The notes under the pieces: generated by a model
The model's database searches: none
What the model was told of the DNA's origin: nothing
The model's input: the letters and a program-made list of their open reading frames with translations, nothing else
Part shown: positions 19,352-29,250 of the stretch, in pieces
Layout: each line of letters starts with the position of its first letter
How positions within the stretch are numbered: position 1 is the first letter of the stretch
Assembly: GCA_963662265.2 (NCBI GenBank)
Contig: CAXXHA010000032.1
Location: 112,144-176,143 of the forward strand
DNA length: 64,000 bases
DNA from: Spirochaetia bacterium
GTDB lineage: Bacteria > Spirochaetota > Spirochaetia > CADAEX01
Direction: 5' to 3'
Made by a program: the position numbers and the translations under genes

Positions 19352-19786
19352 ATGATTAATTACGAAATCCGCAACTGCACAACTGAAGATCTACATTCTG
19401 TGCATGAAATGATCAGTGCACTTGAAGGGGAAAATCCCGGAATAGAAGAATTCACAGAAGTTTTCTCCACAAATCTAAATGATAAAAATATTTTTTATAT
19501 AGTCGCTGAATCAAATGACAAGGTAATTGCCTTTGCAAGCATCCATATACAGATGATACTTCATCATACAGGAAAAGTAGCAGAACTGATGGAAATGTTT
19601 GTGGATCCTGATTTCAGGAATAACGGAATCGGTGAGGCACTGTTCTGGAACCTGAAAGATACTGCCGAAGCATGCGGATGCCGGTATTTTGAAATTTCAT
19701 CAAACATAGTAAGGGATAAGACAAAGACTTTTTTTGAAAATCTTGGTGTTCAGCTTACACATTACAAATTCACAGAACGCCTGTAA
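19352..19786 (+). CDS. GNAT N-acetyltransferase (PhnO-like)
   Basis: EMFVDPDFRNNGIGEAL acetyl-CoA motif A; LHHTGKVAE; THYKFT. Confidence 0.85.
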   Translation: MINYEIRNCTTEDLHSVHEMISALEGENPGIEEFTEVFSTNLNDKNIFYIVAESNDKVIAFASIHIQMILHHTGKVAELMEMFVDPDFRNNGIGEALFWNLKDTAEACGCRYFEISSNIVRDKTKTFFENLGVQLTHYKFTERL

Positions 19787-20063
19787 TCCGGCATAAGAGA
19801 ACAGGTTTTTTCTAAATATTATATCTCTTTATGATTATTGACTGATCCATTTCAGAAACTTCAGTTACAGTAAATTCACCCCCTCAAACTATCCTTCCCC
19901 GGCTACCAGGCACAATAATCCGGATATTTATACATCAGTCAAAGCTTTTATCCGTATTATTTTTGTATTTTTTCCTGTTTCTCCTTATTTTATTCACCTT
20001 TTACAGGAAATCATATAAATAAAATTATTTACTTATGAACATGCAGGATTTATAATATTAATT

Positions 20064-22328
20064 ATGATACAGCACAGACACAAAGATTGGGAAGAAAAGA
20101 CTGACAAGATCCTTGATACAGCATGGAATGAAGGAAGAGATCAGCTTTTCGAGCACGAGGTATATGAAATCCTCAACCTGCTGGGAATCAAAACTCCGCA
20201 TTATAAATTTATCACAGATTCAGAACAGATTACCGGGCAGCTGCTGAACAGCTTCGGCAGTGAAAGAGTTGTCCTTAAAATAGTATCAGAAAGTGTTATT
20301 CATAAGAAGAAACTCGGCGGTGTCCGGATAGTATACAAAGATACAGGACTTGTTAAGTATTCTCTTGATAAAATGATCAGGGACTTCAGGGACAACAACT
20401 TCCCGGTCACAGGGATACTTATTGTTGATTTCATAAATTACTCGGAAGAAATCGGCAATGAAATACTCCTGGGGTTAAGAGAGACTCCCTCATTCGGCCC
20501 TGTCCTGTCATTCAGCAAGGGGGGCGCAGATGCGGAACACTTTGCATCAAGATATTCTCCGCCCAACCTTGTTCTCCCCCCTGTTACAATGAAATGGGCA
20601 AAAACACTTCTGTCATCAACTGAGATTTACAAAAAATACACAAAAGACAGGCGGGACAGCCATATTGAATATATAAACAAGGCGCAGGTAAAATTCAGTG
20701 ATCTTGCTATTGCTTTTTCAAATTTCTTCCCCTCCAAAAGCAAATATTATCTTAAGGAATTTGAAATCAATCCCTTTATTTTTGACAGGGAAGATAAATT
20801 CCGCGCTATTGACGGATATGCCTCGTTCGGCCTGAAGGGGGAAGACAGAGAAAAACATGATGAAGAAAGCTGGAAAACACTTAATCCCTTCTTCTACCCG
20901 GAATCAATAGCAGTACTTGGTGTAAGCACATCGGATAATAATAAATCGGGGAATATTATAGTAAAAAACCTGATTCGGGCAGGAAGAGAGAAAATATTCT
21001 GTGTTAATCCGAGAGGCGGTGAAATAGAAATAAACGGGTTAAACCTGAAAGTATACAAATCCCTTACTGAAATACCTGAAGATGTGGATTTTGCAATTAT
21101 TACAGTTCCTGCAAAGGCAGTCCCTGCTTCAATAACAGAATGTGCTGAAAAAAAGGTAAAGGCAGTGCTTCTTATTCCCGGAGGATTCAGTGAAACAACA
21201 GACAGCAGGGATGTGGAAGATGAAATTCTCAAAACTGCACGGGATAACAGCTTCAGGATAATGGGCCCCAACTGCCTCGGTATTTACCATTCAGAAGGAA
21301 ATATCAACACATTTTTCATCCCGGAAAATAAATTCAGCATTAACAAGGATCTGAAACAGAATGTCGCAATACTGAGCCAGAGCGGAGCTCTCGGTATTGT
21401 GGAAATTCACAACCTGAGAAATTCCGTGAGCCCGAGATCCATAGTAAGTTATGGAAACGCACTGGATACAGGCCCCTGCGACCTTGTTTCGTTTTTTGCG
21501 GCAGACAGTAAAATAAAGGTAATTGCACTCTATATAGAAGGATTCAAGCAGGGAGAGGGACGGAGGTTTTTTGATATTGTTTCAAAGATTAAAAAACCTG
21601 TTGTTGTCTACAAGGCAGGAAGAACAGAAGCTGGTATGCATGCGACACAGTCCCACACCGCAAGCATGTCAGGTGAATATGCAGTTGCAAAAGCTGCAAT
21701 GAAGCAGGCCGGAATAATTGTTGCAGATTCAATGGCTGACCATACAGGATACATAAAAACTTTCTCACTGTTCAGCAGTATGTCTGTAAACGGGAAAAGA
21801 ACAGCGGTAGTTGCCAATGCAGGATATGAAAAAGCCAATGCTGCCGACAATATCGGCGACCTTGAGGTAGCGGAACTGGATCAGAAAACAGAAAAAAAAC
21901 TGACAGATATAATACCGGGTTTTGTCAATGCAGAGCCGTTCCTTGACCTCACTCCAATGGCAGGAGACAAGGAATACATAGATTCGGTTGAAGTCTTTCT
22001 GGAATCCGATAAGGTGGATGCTGTAATGGTTTCCATTATACCCTGCGCAGGACCTCTTCATACTACAAATGATGAAATTGCATCATATGAAAAAAATATT
22101 GCTTCTGAACTGGTCAGAATTGTTAAAAAACATAAAAAACCTGTTGTTGTCTCAATAGGAGTTGAACCGGGAGATGATCTTTACAGCTCCCTTTCAAAAA
22201 TCCTTGACTCTGGCGGAGTTCCGACATTCAGCAGCGCCGAGAAGGCAATGAAATACCTGAATGCTTTTGTCAGATACAAACTGATCAAGGAAAAACATAT
22301 AATGAGCGAGTGGATCAAAGACGAATAG
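20064..22328 (+). CDS. Acyl-CoA synthetase (NDP-forming), fused beta(ATP-grasp)-alpha
   Basis: N-terminal VLKIVS..HKK..GGV, FGPVL, EINP; C-terminal PESIAVLGVS, GGFSE, MGPNCLG, SQSGA, SYGN, YIEG, phospho-His motif QSHTAS. Confidence 0.88.
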   Translation: MIQHRHKDWEEKTDKILDTAWNEGRDQLFEHEVYEILNLLGIKTPHYKFITDSEQITGQLLNSFGSERVVLKIVSESVIHKKKLGGVRIVYKDTGLVKYSLDKMIRDFRDNNFPVTGILIVDFINYSEEIGNEILLGLRETPSFGPVLSFSKGGADAEHFASRYSPPNLVLPPVTMKWAKTLLSSTEIYKKYTKDRRDSHIEYINKAQVKFSDLAIAFSNFFPSKSKYYLKEFEINPFIFDREDKFRAIDGYASFGLKGEDREKHDEESWKTLNPFFYPESIAVLGVSTSDNNKSGNIIVKNLIRAGREKIFCVNPRGGEIEINGLNLKVYKSLTEIPEDVDFAIITVPAKAVPASITECAEKKVKAVLLIPGGFSETTDSRDVEDEILKTARDNSFRIMGPNCLGIYHSEGNINTFFIPENKFSINKDLKQNVAILSQSGALGIVEIHNLRNSVSPRSIVSYGNALDTGPCDLVSFFAADSKIKVIALYIEGFKQGEGRRFFDIVSKIKKPVVVYKAGRTEAGMHATQSHTASMSGEYAVAKAAMKQAGIIVADSMADHTGYIKTFSLFSSMSVNGKRTAVVANAGYEKANAADNIGDLEVAELDQKTEKKLTDIIPGFVNAEPFLDLTPMAGDKEYIDSVEVFLESDKVDAVMVSIIPCAGPLHTTNDEIASYEKNIASELVRIVKKHKKPVVVSIGVEPGDDLYSSLSKILDSGGVPTFSSAEKAMKYLNAFVRYKLIKEKHIMSEWIKDE

Positions 22329-22379
22329 TCTTTGGATGAGTGATCATCTTTGGATAAATAATCTTTGGATGAGTAATCA
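22329..22379. repeat. Short imperfect tandem repeat (tctttggat..., 3 copies)
   Basis: tctttggatgagtgatca / tctttggataaataa / tctttggatgagtaatca directly after the stop codon. Confidence 0.6.
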
Positions 22380-22602
22380 TATAAGGGCGAAAATCTTCTG
22401 AATGAAAAATCATCCCCGGCTAACAGTCCATGATTGAATAATTACCCCGGCAAGCAATTGTCTAAGCTGCAATTAAGCCGGGGATTTTTTATACAATTCA
22501 GCATCAGGGTGTTCAGATCTGGCATGAAGTTGAAAACCTGAAATAAACAACCACTTTGTCACCAGTTCCGGTGGGTACTGATTTGTTGCAAGCTGCGGGT
22601 TA

Positions 22603-22720
22603 TTACCCCGCTTATAAGCAGGGGTATTGTCAAATGGGAGTGAGGAGTGGCCGCGTTGTACAAAAATATTCCCAGGAGAGTAAAGACAAGAAGGCTTAGA
22701 CCTGAACTGCGAATAAAAAA
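22603..22720. repeat. About 115-nt dispersed intergenic element, copy A
   Basis: ggtattgtcaaatg..gaggagtggccgcgt..attcccaggagagtaaagacaagaagg..ttagacctgaactgcgaataaaa; matches 63625-63750. Confidence 0.85.
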
Positions 22721-22976
22721 CGCTGGTACAATTATTACAAACAGTTACCCTTTATACCATGTCAATTACATTCAGTATTGATTGACGCCGGTTTTAGCTG
22801 TATATTATTTTCAGAACAGCATTTCAACTGTGAATATCCAAAGAGATATTTCCGAATGCATGTTGCCGATAAAAAAACTGATATTTATCAGTTTACAGGC
22901 AACTGCGAGGAAGTCTCCAAAAGTAATTTCCGGATGCATATGCTAAAAAAAAACAATAATAAGGATTTTTTCAATT

Positions 22977-23672
22977 ATGGACAATATTCAGGATTTATTC
23001 AAAGCAGCTGAAACCGGCGACCTCGACACAATAGAAAGAATCTTAACAGAAGATATTAAACTGCTGGAATCAGTGAACAGCGACAACCTGACCCCGCTTG
23101 CAGCAGCACTTTACAGCGGACAGCCTGATGCCCTGCAGTTTCTGATAAACAACGGCGCCAGGCTGAATGTTCCGGGCAGAGACGGGAAGACAACACTCCA
23201 GTGGGCAAGAGAACAGGATGAGAACTGTGAAACTGCCGCAGTTATTCTTCTTACCGATTACATGGACAGAATATATAATACAGCTGTCTGGTGGAATAAA
23301 AGAGAGGAAAGAGTAGCTGAAGGCAAGGAAAAAGTGGGAAACATTGATCTTGATGCAAACTGCGATTCCTGCGGCTGTATCCTGGATTATTCAGGCAGCA
23401 CATTGCTGACGCTCGATGAAGCGCTTTCCACGGATAAATACACTGAAAGAATTACAGATCAGGCCCTTAAAATGCTGCCCCCCGAGAAAAAAATAGGGAC
23501 AAGGGAAGAAATTACAGAAATGATAACAAAGCAGATCAGGGAAAAAAACATGTCTTCGACATACATGGTATGCGATTCATGCCGTGATAATTTATTTTCT
23601 GAAACAATTTTCGGGAAAAACAGAAAATTTATTCTCGAATCTATTGATAAACTGTTCAAAGACCAGCTATAG
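22977..23672 (+). CDS. Ankyrin-repeat protein with a C-terminal double-CxxC domain
   Basis: LFKAAETGDL, TPLAAALYSG..LINNGA, TTLQWA ankyrin motifs; CDSC appears twice. Confidence 0.75.
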   Translation: MDNIQDLFKAAETGDLDTIERILTEDIKLLESVNSDNLTPLAAALYSGQPDALQFLINNGARLNVPGRDGKTTLQWAREQDENCETAAVILLTDYMDRIYNTAVWWNKREERVAEGKEKVGNIDLDANCDSCGCILDYSGSTLLTLDEALSTDKYTERITDQALKMLPPEKKIGTREEITEMITKQIREKNMSSTYMVCDSCRDNLFSETIFGKNRKFILESIDKLFKDQL

Positions 23673-23687
23673 TAACCTCCAAAATTT

Positions 23688-24302
23688 ATGATGAATGAAA
23701 ACCTTTATATACCGGTCGGGAACAGCAGGTCTGAAATTGTCGTAAAAAAATCCAGATTTATCAGCCAGTGTTTTTATATCGAGTCTGATAAAGAGGCAAA
23801 GGCAATTGTAAGCAGCTTATGGAAGGAGCATAAGGATGCAAGGCATGTTGTTTACGGGTTTATTTACGGGGCAAAAAACAGCCAGACCATGGGAATGACT
23901 GATGACGGAGAACCAAAGGGGACAGCAGGACGCCCTGTTCTTCAGGTATTAAAGGGGAGCAGTATTACAAACATACTGTGTACTGTAGTCAGGTATTTCG
24001 GCGGAATAAAGCTGGGTACTGGCGGACTTGTAAAGGCATACACAGAAGCAGCTCAGCAGGCCTTGAAAGAACTTAAAGTAAAAGAACTGATTGATGAAAC
24101 AGCATTTTCAGTCACTGCAGGATATGAATTTTACGATCAGATTAAAAGGGCTGCCGAAAGCTATTCGGCAGAAGTCATAACTGAAGAGTTTACTGATCAT
24201 GTGTATATCGAATTCCGCGTACCGGAGAAATATTTTAAAGATATAGAGGCAGCATTATCTGATATTTCAAACGGCAGAGCTGATATAAAGCCGCTTACCT
24301 GA
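23688..24302 (+). CDS. yigZ: IMPACT/YigZ family protein
   Basis: KKSRFI, DDGEPKGTAGRPVL, VVRYFGGIKLGTGGLVKAY. Confidence 0.93.
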   Translation: MMNENLYIPVGNSRSEIVVKKSRFISQCFYIESDKEAKAIVSSLWKEHKDARHVVYGFIYGAKNSQTMGMTDDGEPKGTAGRPVLQVLKGSSITNILCTVVRYFGGIKLGTGGLVKAYTEAAQQALKELKVKELIDETAFSVTAGYEFYDQIKRAAESYSAEVITEEFTDHVYIEFRVPEKYFKDIEAALSDISNGRADIKPLT

Positions 24303-24591
24303 ACAAATCACCTCATCATAAACAGAGACCTCTTTGGACTGATTATTTCCTGACCAGGCAGTCAGCAGAAACATCAGAACAGGGAAGATTTGCCTGGCAG
24401 AGTCACCTGGCAGCAGGTCAGTTTTTATTGTAGGGAACTCAGAATCTTTACTTAACCATATCTCACGGCAAAAGGTATGCAGACTGACTATTAGTGACTC
24501 CGGATTTCAGGCGCTTGAAAAGCAATCTTTCACTGACAGGAAGGTACTCTGAAACGGCAGACTATTAGTATAAATCAGGAGGAGAGAAAGT

Positions 24592-26022
24592 ATGCCATTA
24601 CATTTTAACAAGACAAAAATCATATGCACGATCGGGCCGGCTACATGCGAAGTTGAGACAATCATCAAGCTTGTGGAAAACGGAATGAACGTGGCCAGAA
24701 TGAACATGTCTCACGAATCACATGAAGTAAAGCTCAATCATCTTAAAAACATCAGAAAAGCGGAAAAAATAATCGGATACCCGATACCGATAATGGTTGA
24801 CCTTTGCGGTCCCAAGCTGAGACTCGGCGAGATAGAGGAGCCTTTTGAAATAAATGCTGGGGAGGAAATAATCCTTACTTCGGAAGATATAAAAGGAACA
24901 AAGGAAAAAGTTTCAACAACCTATACAAACCTTCCGCAGGATGTAAACCCGGGCGATCCAATCCTTATAAATGACGGACTTCTCAAGTTTGAAGTAATTG
25001 AATCTGACGGAAAAGATGTAAGATGCAGGGTTATTGACGGAGGGCTCATGCAGTCAAAAAAAGGGATAAACCTTCCTGGTACAAAAATGACAATACCGCT
25101 TATAACAGAGAAAGACAAAGCTGATATTGAATTCGGAATAAAATACGGGGCTGATTTCTTTGCAATGTCATTTGTAAGAAACAGCGATGATATAAGGGAA
25201 CTGAAATCAATAATCCTGAGAAAAACAGCAGATATTCCTGTCATAGCAAAGGTTGAAAGGCCTGATGCTGTTGCAGATATTGATGCTATCTGTGATGAAA
25301 GCGATGCTGTTATGATTGCAAGAGGAGATCTCGGGGTTGAAGTACTTCCGGAAGAAGTTCCGCTGCTTCAGAAAAAGATTATTTCAAGATGTATTGAAAA
25401 GAATACACCTGTAATCACAGCGACACAGATGCTTGAATCAATGATAACTTCTCCCCGCCCTACCCGGGCCGAGGCAAGCGATGTTGCAAACGCTGTTCTC
25501 GACGGAACAGATGCTGTAATGCTGAGCGCCGAAACATCTGTCGGTAAATATCCTCTTGAAACAGTATCAATCATGAAAAGAATATGCCTGAAAGCTGAAG
25601 AAAGAGGAATTTATTCAAACAGGATAAGACTCAAAAGAAAAGATGAAGACAGCTCAAGGGATTTTCTTGTAAAAAACATGACAAGGGCAGTCTGCTCATT
25701 CGCAGCCGATATTGATGCGGCAGCAATTATTGTAATAACAAGAACAGGAAAAACTGCAAGGAGACTATCGAGATTTAGAATCAACACACCAATACTGGCA
25801 TTTGTCGAGGATGAAAAAGTAATAAAACAGATAACTCCTGTGTGGGGTGTAAAAAGCGAGCTTATAGACAACATGTCAGATACAGACTCAACACTTAAAC
25901 GAGCAAAGGAGCTGGCTGTAAGTCTCGGGTATATAAAACCGGGAGAGTGCGTAATATTTGTGGCAGGCATTCCGCTTCTGGAATCACAGAAAGTGAACAT
26001 GATGAAGGTTGATATAGTTTAA
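24592..26022 (+). CDS. pyk: Pyruvate kinase (paralogue 1)
   Basis: TKIICTIGPA, RMNMSH, KGINLPG, AKVE, MIARGDLGVE, TATQMLESM, PTRAEASDVANA, DGTDAVMLSAETSVG. Confidence 0.98.
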   Translation: MPLHFNKTKIICTIGPATCEVETIIKLVENGMNVARMNMSHESHEVKLNHLKNIRKAEKIIGYPIPIMVDLCGPKLRLGEIEEPFEINAGEEIILTSEDIKGTKEKVSTTYTNLPQDVNPGDPILINDGLLKFEVIESDGKDVRCRVIDGGLMQSKKGINLPGTKMTIPLITEKDKADIEFGIKYGADFFAMSFVRNSDDIRELKSIILRKTADIPVIAKVERPDAVADIDAICDESDAVMIARGDLGVEVLPEEVPLLQKKIISRCIEKNTPVITATQMLESMITSPRPTRAEASDVANAVLDGTDAVMLSAETSVGKYPLETVSIMKRICLKAEERGIYSNRIRLKRKDEDSSRDFLVKNMTRAVCSFAADIDAAAIIVITRTGKTARRLSRFRINTPILAFVEDEKVIKQITPVWGVKSELIDNMSDTDSTLKRAKELAVSLGYIKPGECVIFVAGIPLLESQKVNMMKVDIV

Positions 26023-26048
26023 TCCATTAACACAAACAGATGTTAAGA

Positions 26049-26082
26049 CCTGCCATGCAGTTATCTGCATGGCAGGATCTTT
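26049..26082 (+). terminator. Intrinsic terminator after pyk1
   Basis: cctgccatgcag-ttat-ctgcatggcagg perfect stem. Confidence 0.7.
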
Positions 26083-26271
26083 AAATAAGACATTTAAAAA
26101 TTCAATTTCAGGCTTTAGTTCACCTGGACATCTATAGTTATCGAAGCATAATTAGGAATATTTCAAGTTGTCTTTCACATCGAGAAAACAAGTATATGTA
26201 TTGTAATTCGTTAAGATATTAATTCTCATAAAATATTTTCAAGCATATTTACGTTAGTGGCCATATATTCA

Positions 26272-26299
26272 TTGACATAAATTATAACAAATATATAAT
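26272..26299 (+). promoter_or_regulatory. Consensus sigma70 promoter of the OMP gene
   Basis: TTGACA(26272)-16bp-TATAAT(26294). Confidence 0.65.
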
Positions 26300-26344
26300 T
26301 AAAAAGTCGGTAATTAAAAAAATAATTTTAAGGATGTTTATTTA

Positions 26345-27007
26345 ATGAAAAAAATACTATTTATAACTATAGTAATGATGATATCAGCAGGAAATATTTT
26401 TGCTGATGTAACTCTTGGTGCATATGCAGGAATTAATACCGGTTGGTATAACGGTAGCGATTGGGATGATTACATTGATTACCTTGAAAATAAATACGGA
26501 GAAGCATCTAACAAAGCCAGACTAGGATTTTCTGTTGCTGGATTTGCTGATTTCGAAATCACAGATAATTTCTCTATACAGCCAGAAATTAAAATCACAA
26601 CTTATAAAGGTGGATTTGAAATTGAAGACAATGTAGGAGATACTGTTGAATTAACAGAAACAAATACAGCTTTAGTAATCCCAGTACTTGCAAAAGTTAA
26701 GTTTAATGCTGGCAGGGGTAAATTTTGTTTATTTGGTGGACCAGATCTTATAATGATTCTTGGGGATGTAAAACAAAAAACAAAAATTGAAATAAGCGGT
26801 AGTTCATCTACTGATAAAGATACTTATGAACCTGATACTTCAGTCGGTCTAGGATTAGAAATAGGTGCTGGATATGAATCTCCTATGGGTAATGGAAAAT
26901 TCATAACAGATCTACGATATTCAAAATTACTCTTTGATACTGTTGATAATTTCAAAGCAAAAATGGATACAATTGGTATTAATTTAGGTTACGGATTCAA
27001 TTTATAA
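26345..27007 (+). CDS. Outer-membrane beta-barrel protein (PorT/OmpA-TM-like porin family)
   Basis: Signal peptide, amphipathic beta strands, FSIQPEI, IPVLAK, DLRY, C-terminal LGYGFNL. Confidence 0.82.
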   Translation: MKKILFITIVMMISAGNIFADVTLGAYAGINTGWYNGSDWDDYIDYLENKYGEASNKARLGFSVAGFADFEITDNFSIQPEIKITTYKGGFEIEDNVGDTVELTETNTALVIPVLAKVKFNAGRGKFCLFGGPDLIMILGDVKQKTKIEISGSSSTDKDTYEPDTSVGLGLEIGAGYESPMGNGKFITDLRYSKLLFDTVDNFKAKMDTIGINLGYGFNL

Positions 27008-27350
27008 GTAAAAATATAATTACCGACAATTTTATTTTTACTTATTTTCTTATCAATTTCATATTAATTAGGTTGTCATATCATAGAATGTTACATTACG
27101 TTTTAAGGAATGCAATGCCCTTTGGGTGTAAGTAATCTTCACTAATTCGCCCAAGCATATTAGTAAATTATTCTCCAGCGCAATTGCATAATATTTTGTC
27201 TTCAACAACTTCACAATAAATATTTCAAAAAATCCAGTAATAATACTGTTTCATAACTTTTTCAAAATGTTTTATTTTAAAATTTGATTCAGAACACAGG
27301 TCAGGTTAAAATAAAAACATCTTCAATAAAAGTTAAGTCAGGAGTTTTTT

Positions 27351-28781
27351 ATGTCAATCAATTTCAATAAGACAAAAATATTATGTACTATCGGCCCTGC
27401 AACAGACAGTGTTGATAAAATAGTAGAACTTGCAAAAAACGGCATGAATATTGCCAGAATCAACATGTCTCATGGATCAGATGAAACCAAACTGAATTCC
27501 ATAAAAAACATAAGGGAAGCGGAAAAAATCATCGGATACCCTATTCCTGTTGTTGCAGACCTGTGCGGTCCAAAACTGCGGCTTGGCGATATTGAAGAAC
27601 CTTTTGAAGTAAAGGAAGGTGATGAAGTTATCCTGACTTCTGATGATGTAAAAGGGACAAGAGAAAAAGTATCGACAAGCTATAAAAATCTCCCCCATGA
27701 TATAATACCCGGAAATCCGGTACTCATAAATGACGGTCTTATAAAACTCGAAGTTACAGGAATAAGCGGTAATGATGTCAGGTGCAGAGTTGTAAACGGC
27801 GGACTCATGCAGTCGAGGAAGGGAATAAATCTTCCCGGAACAAATCTGTCAATTCCGCTGATTACGGAAAAAGACAGAAAAGATATTGAGTTCGGAATAA
27901 ACAACGGGGCAGACTTCTTTGCAATGTCTTTCGTAAGCTCAAGTGAAGATATAAAAGAACTTAAAGCAATTATCCTCAGGAAATCCGCATCTGTCCCTGT
28001 TATTGCAAAAATAGAAAGACCTGAAGCTGTTGATGATATTGAGGCAATATGCGATGCAAGCGATGCTGTCATGATTGCAAGAGGAGATCTTGGTGTGGAA
28101 GTTGATCCTGAAGAAGTCCCCCTGATACAGAAGGCAATTATCTCCACCTGCATCAGGAAAAACACCCCGGTAATAACTGCTACCCAGATGCTTGAATCAA
28201 TGATAACTTCTCCCCGCCCCACCCGTGCCGAAGCAAGCGATGTTGCAAATGCTGTCCTTGACGGAACAGATGCTGTAATGCTGAGTGCGGAAACCTCTGT
28301 AGGAAAGTACCCGGTAGAAGCTGTATCGATTATGAAGAGGATATGCATGAAGGCCGAGGCCCGTGAAAGCGATCTTCACAGGATAAGACTGAGAAAAGGG
28401 ATGAATGAACAGACCGAGGACATGTTTGTAAATACAATGACAAGAGCAGTCTGTACTGTTGCTGTAGATATAAATGCATCTGCTATAATTGTTATCACGA
28501 AGACAGGTAAAACAGCACGGAGTCTTTCAAAATACAGGATACAGACGCCGATCCTTGCATTTGTAGATCATGAGGAGACAATCAAGCTTATAACACCTGT
28601 CTGGGGTGTAAAAGGGGAACTGATAGACAACATGTCTGATACCGATTCAACTCTTGAAAGGGCAAAAGAACTGGCTCTTCAGCTGAATTACATTAAAAAA
28701 GGGGACAATATAGTATTTGTTACAGGAATACCTCTTCTTGAATCAAAACGGGTCAATATGATGAAGGTTGACACAGTGTAG
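27351..28781 (+). CDS. pyk: Pyruvate kinase (paralogue 2)
   Basis: Same PK motifs and identical length (476 aa) to paralogue 1. Confidence 0.98.
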   Translation: MSINFNKTKILCTIGPATDSVDKIVELAKNGMNIARINMSHGSDETKLNSIKNIREAEKIIGYPIPVVADLCGPKLRLGDIEEPFEVKEGDEVILTSDDVKGTREKVSTSYKNLPHDIIPGNPVLINDGLIKLEVTGISGNDVRCRVVNGGLMQSRKGINLPGTNLSIPLITEKDRKDIEFGINNGADFFAMSFVSSSEDIKELKAIILRKSASVPVIAKIERPEAVDDIEAICDASDAVMIARGDLGVEVDPEEVPLIQKAIISTCIRKNTPVITATQMLESMITSPRPTRAEASDVANAVLDGTDAVMLSAETSVGKYPVEAVSIMKRICMKAEARESDLHRIRLRKGMNEQTEDMFVNTMTRAVCTVAVDINASAIIVITKTGKTARSLSKYRIQTPILAFVDHEETIKLITPVWGVKGELIDNMSDTDSTLERAKELALQLNYIKKGDNIVFVTGIPLLESKRVNMMKVDTV

Positions 28782-29007
28782 TAGGCACCACCCTCTTATG
28801 GAGATATTTTATACTCTGATTTAATATTTTACCCATTATCCCTCTGATAAGTTTCTCATTATCTCCACCACAAGGGAATCCCGGAAACCATGTTTTATAT
28901 TTTGCATAATTTTATTCTGATTCAGACTAGACACTTTTATGATAATAATTTCCCGCATAATAAAAACAGAGTTTTTATTATTGACTCCCCACCTTCGGGG
29001 ACAGGTG

Positions 29008-29084
29008 CCTTGTGAGCGAAAGTCTGAGGCAATTTTCATAGCTTACCGGGGAAAAACCTGGAAAAAGTGAGTTTTTGAGGTGTC
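29008..29084 (-). repeat. Dispersed MITE-like repeat copy
   Basis: Reverse complement cctcaaaaactcactttttccaggtttttccccggtaagctatgaaaattgcctcagactttcgctcacaagg aligns with 36486-36558. Confidence 0.8.
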
Positions 29085-29163
29085 ATTAATAACTCAGCGC
29101 AAAAATTTTCTGTTTTACAAGCTATAACAACACATTTTTTCACTTTTTTTGATTTTTCAGATG

Positions 29164-29216
29164 TTGACAAATAATCTGAAATGAATAGACTATTAATTGT
29201 TCAAACGTTCGTTTGA
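29164..29216 (+). promoter_or_regulatory. Sigma70 promoter plus TetR-type operator
   Basis: TTGACA(29164)-16bp-TAGACT(29186); palindrome TCAAACG-TT-CGTTTGA at 29201-29216, upstream of an operon encoding a TetR. Confidence 0.75.
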
Positions 29217-29250
29217 TTATTATATCCTTATGCACCGGGAGGATGCTACA

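Noticed and set aside
22603-22720. HDV-like ribozyme, suggested by the terminal CUGCGAAU
   Set aside because: I could not build the nested P1/P2/P3 double pseudoknot in either copy.
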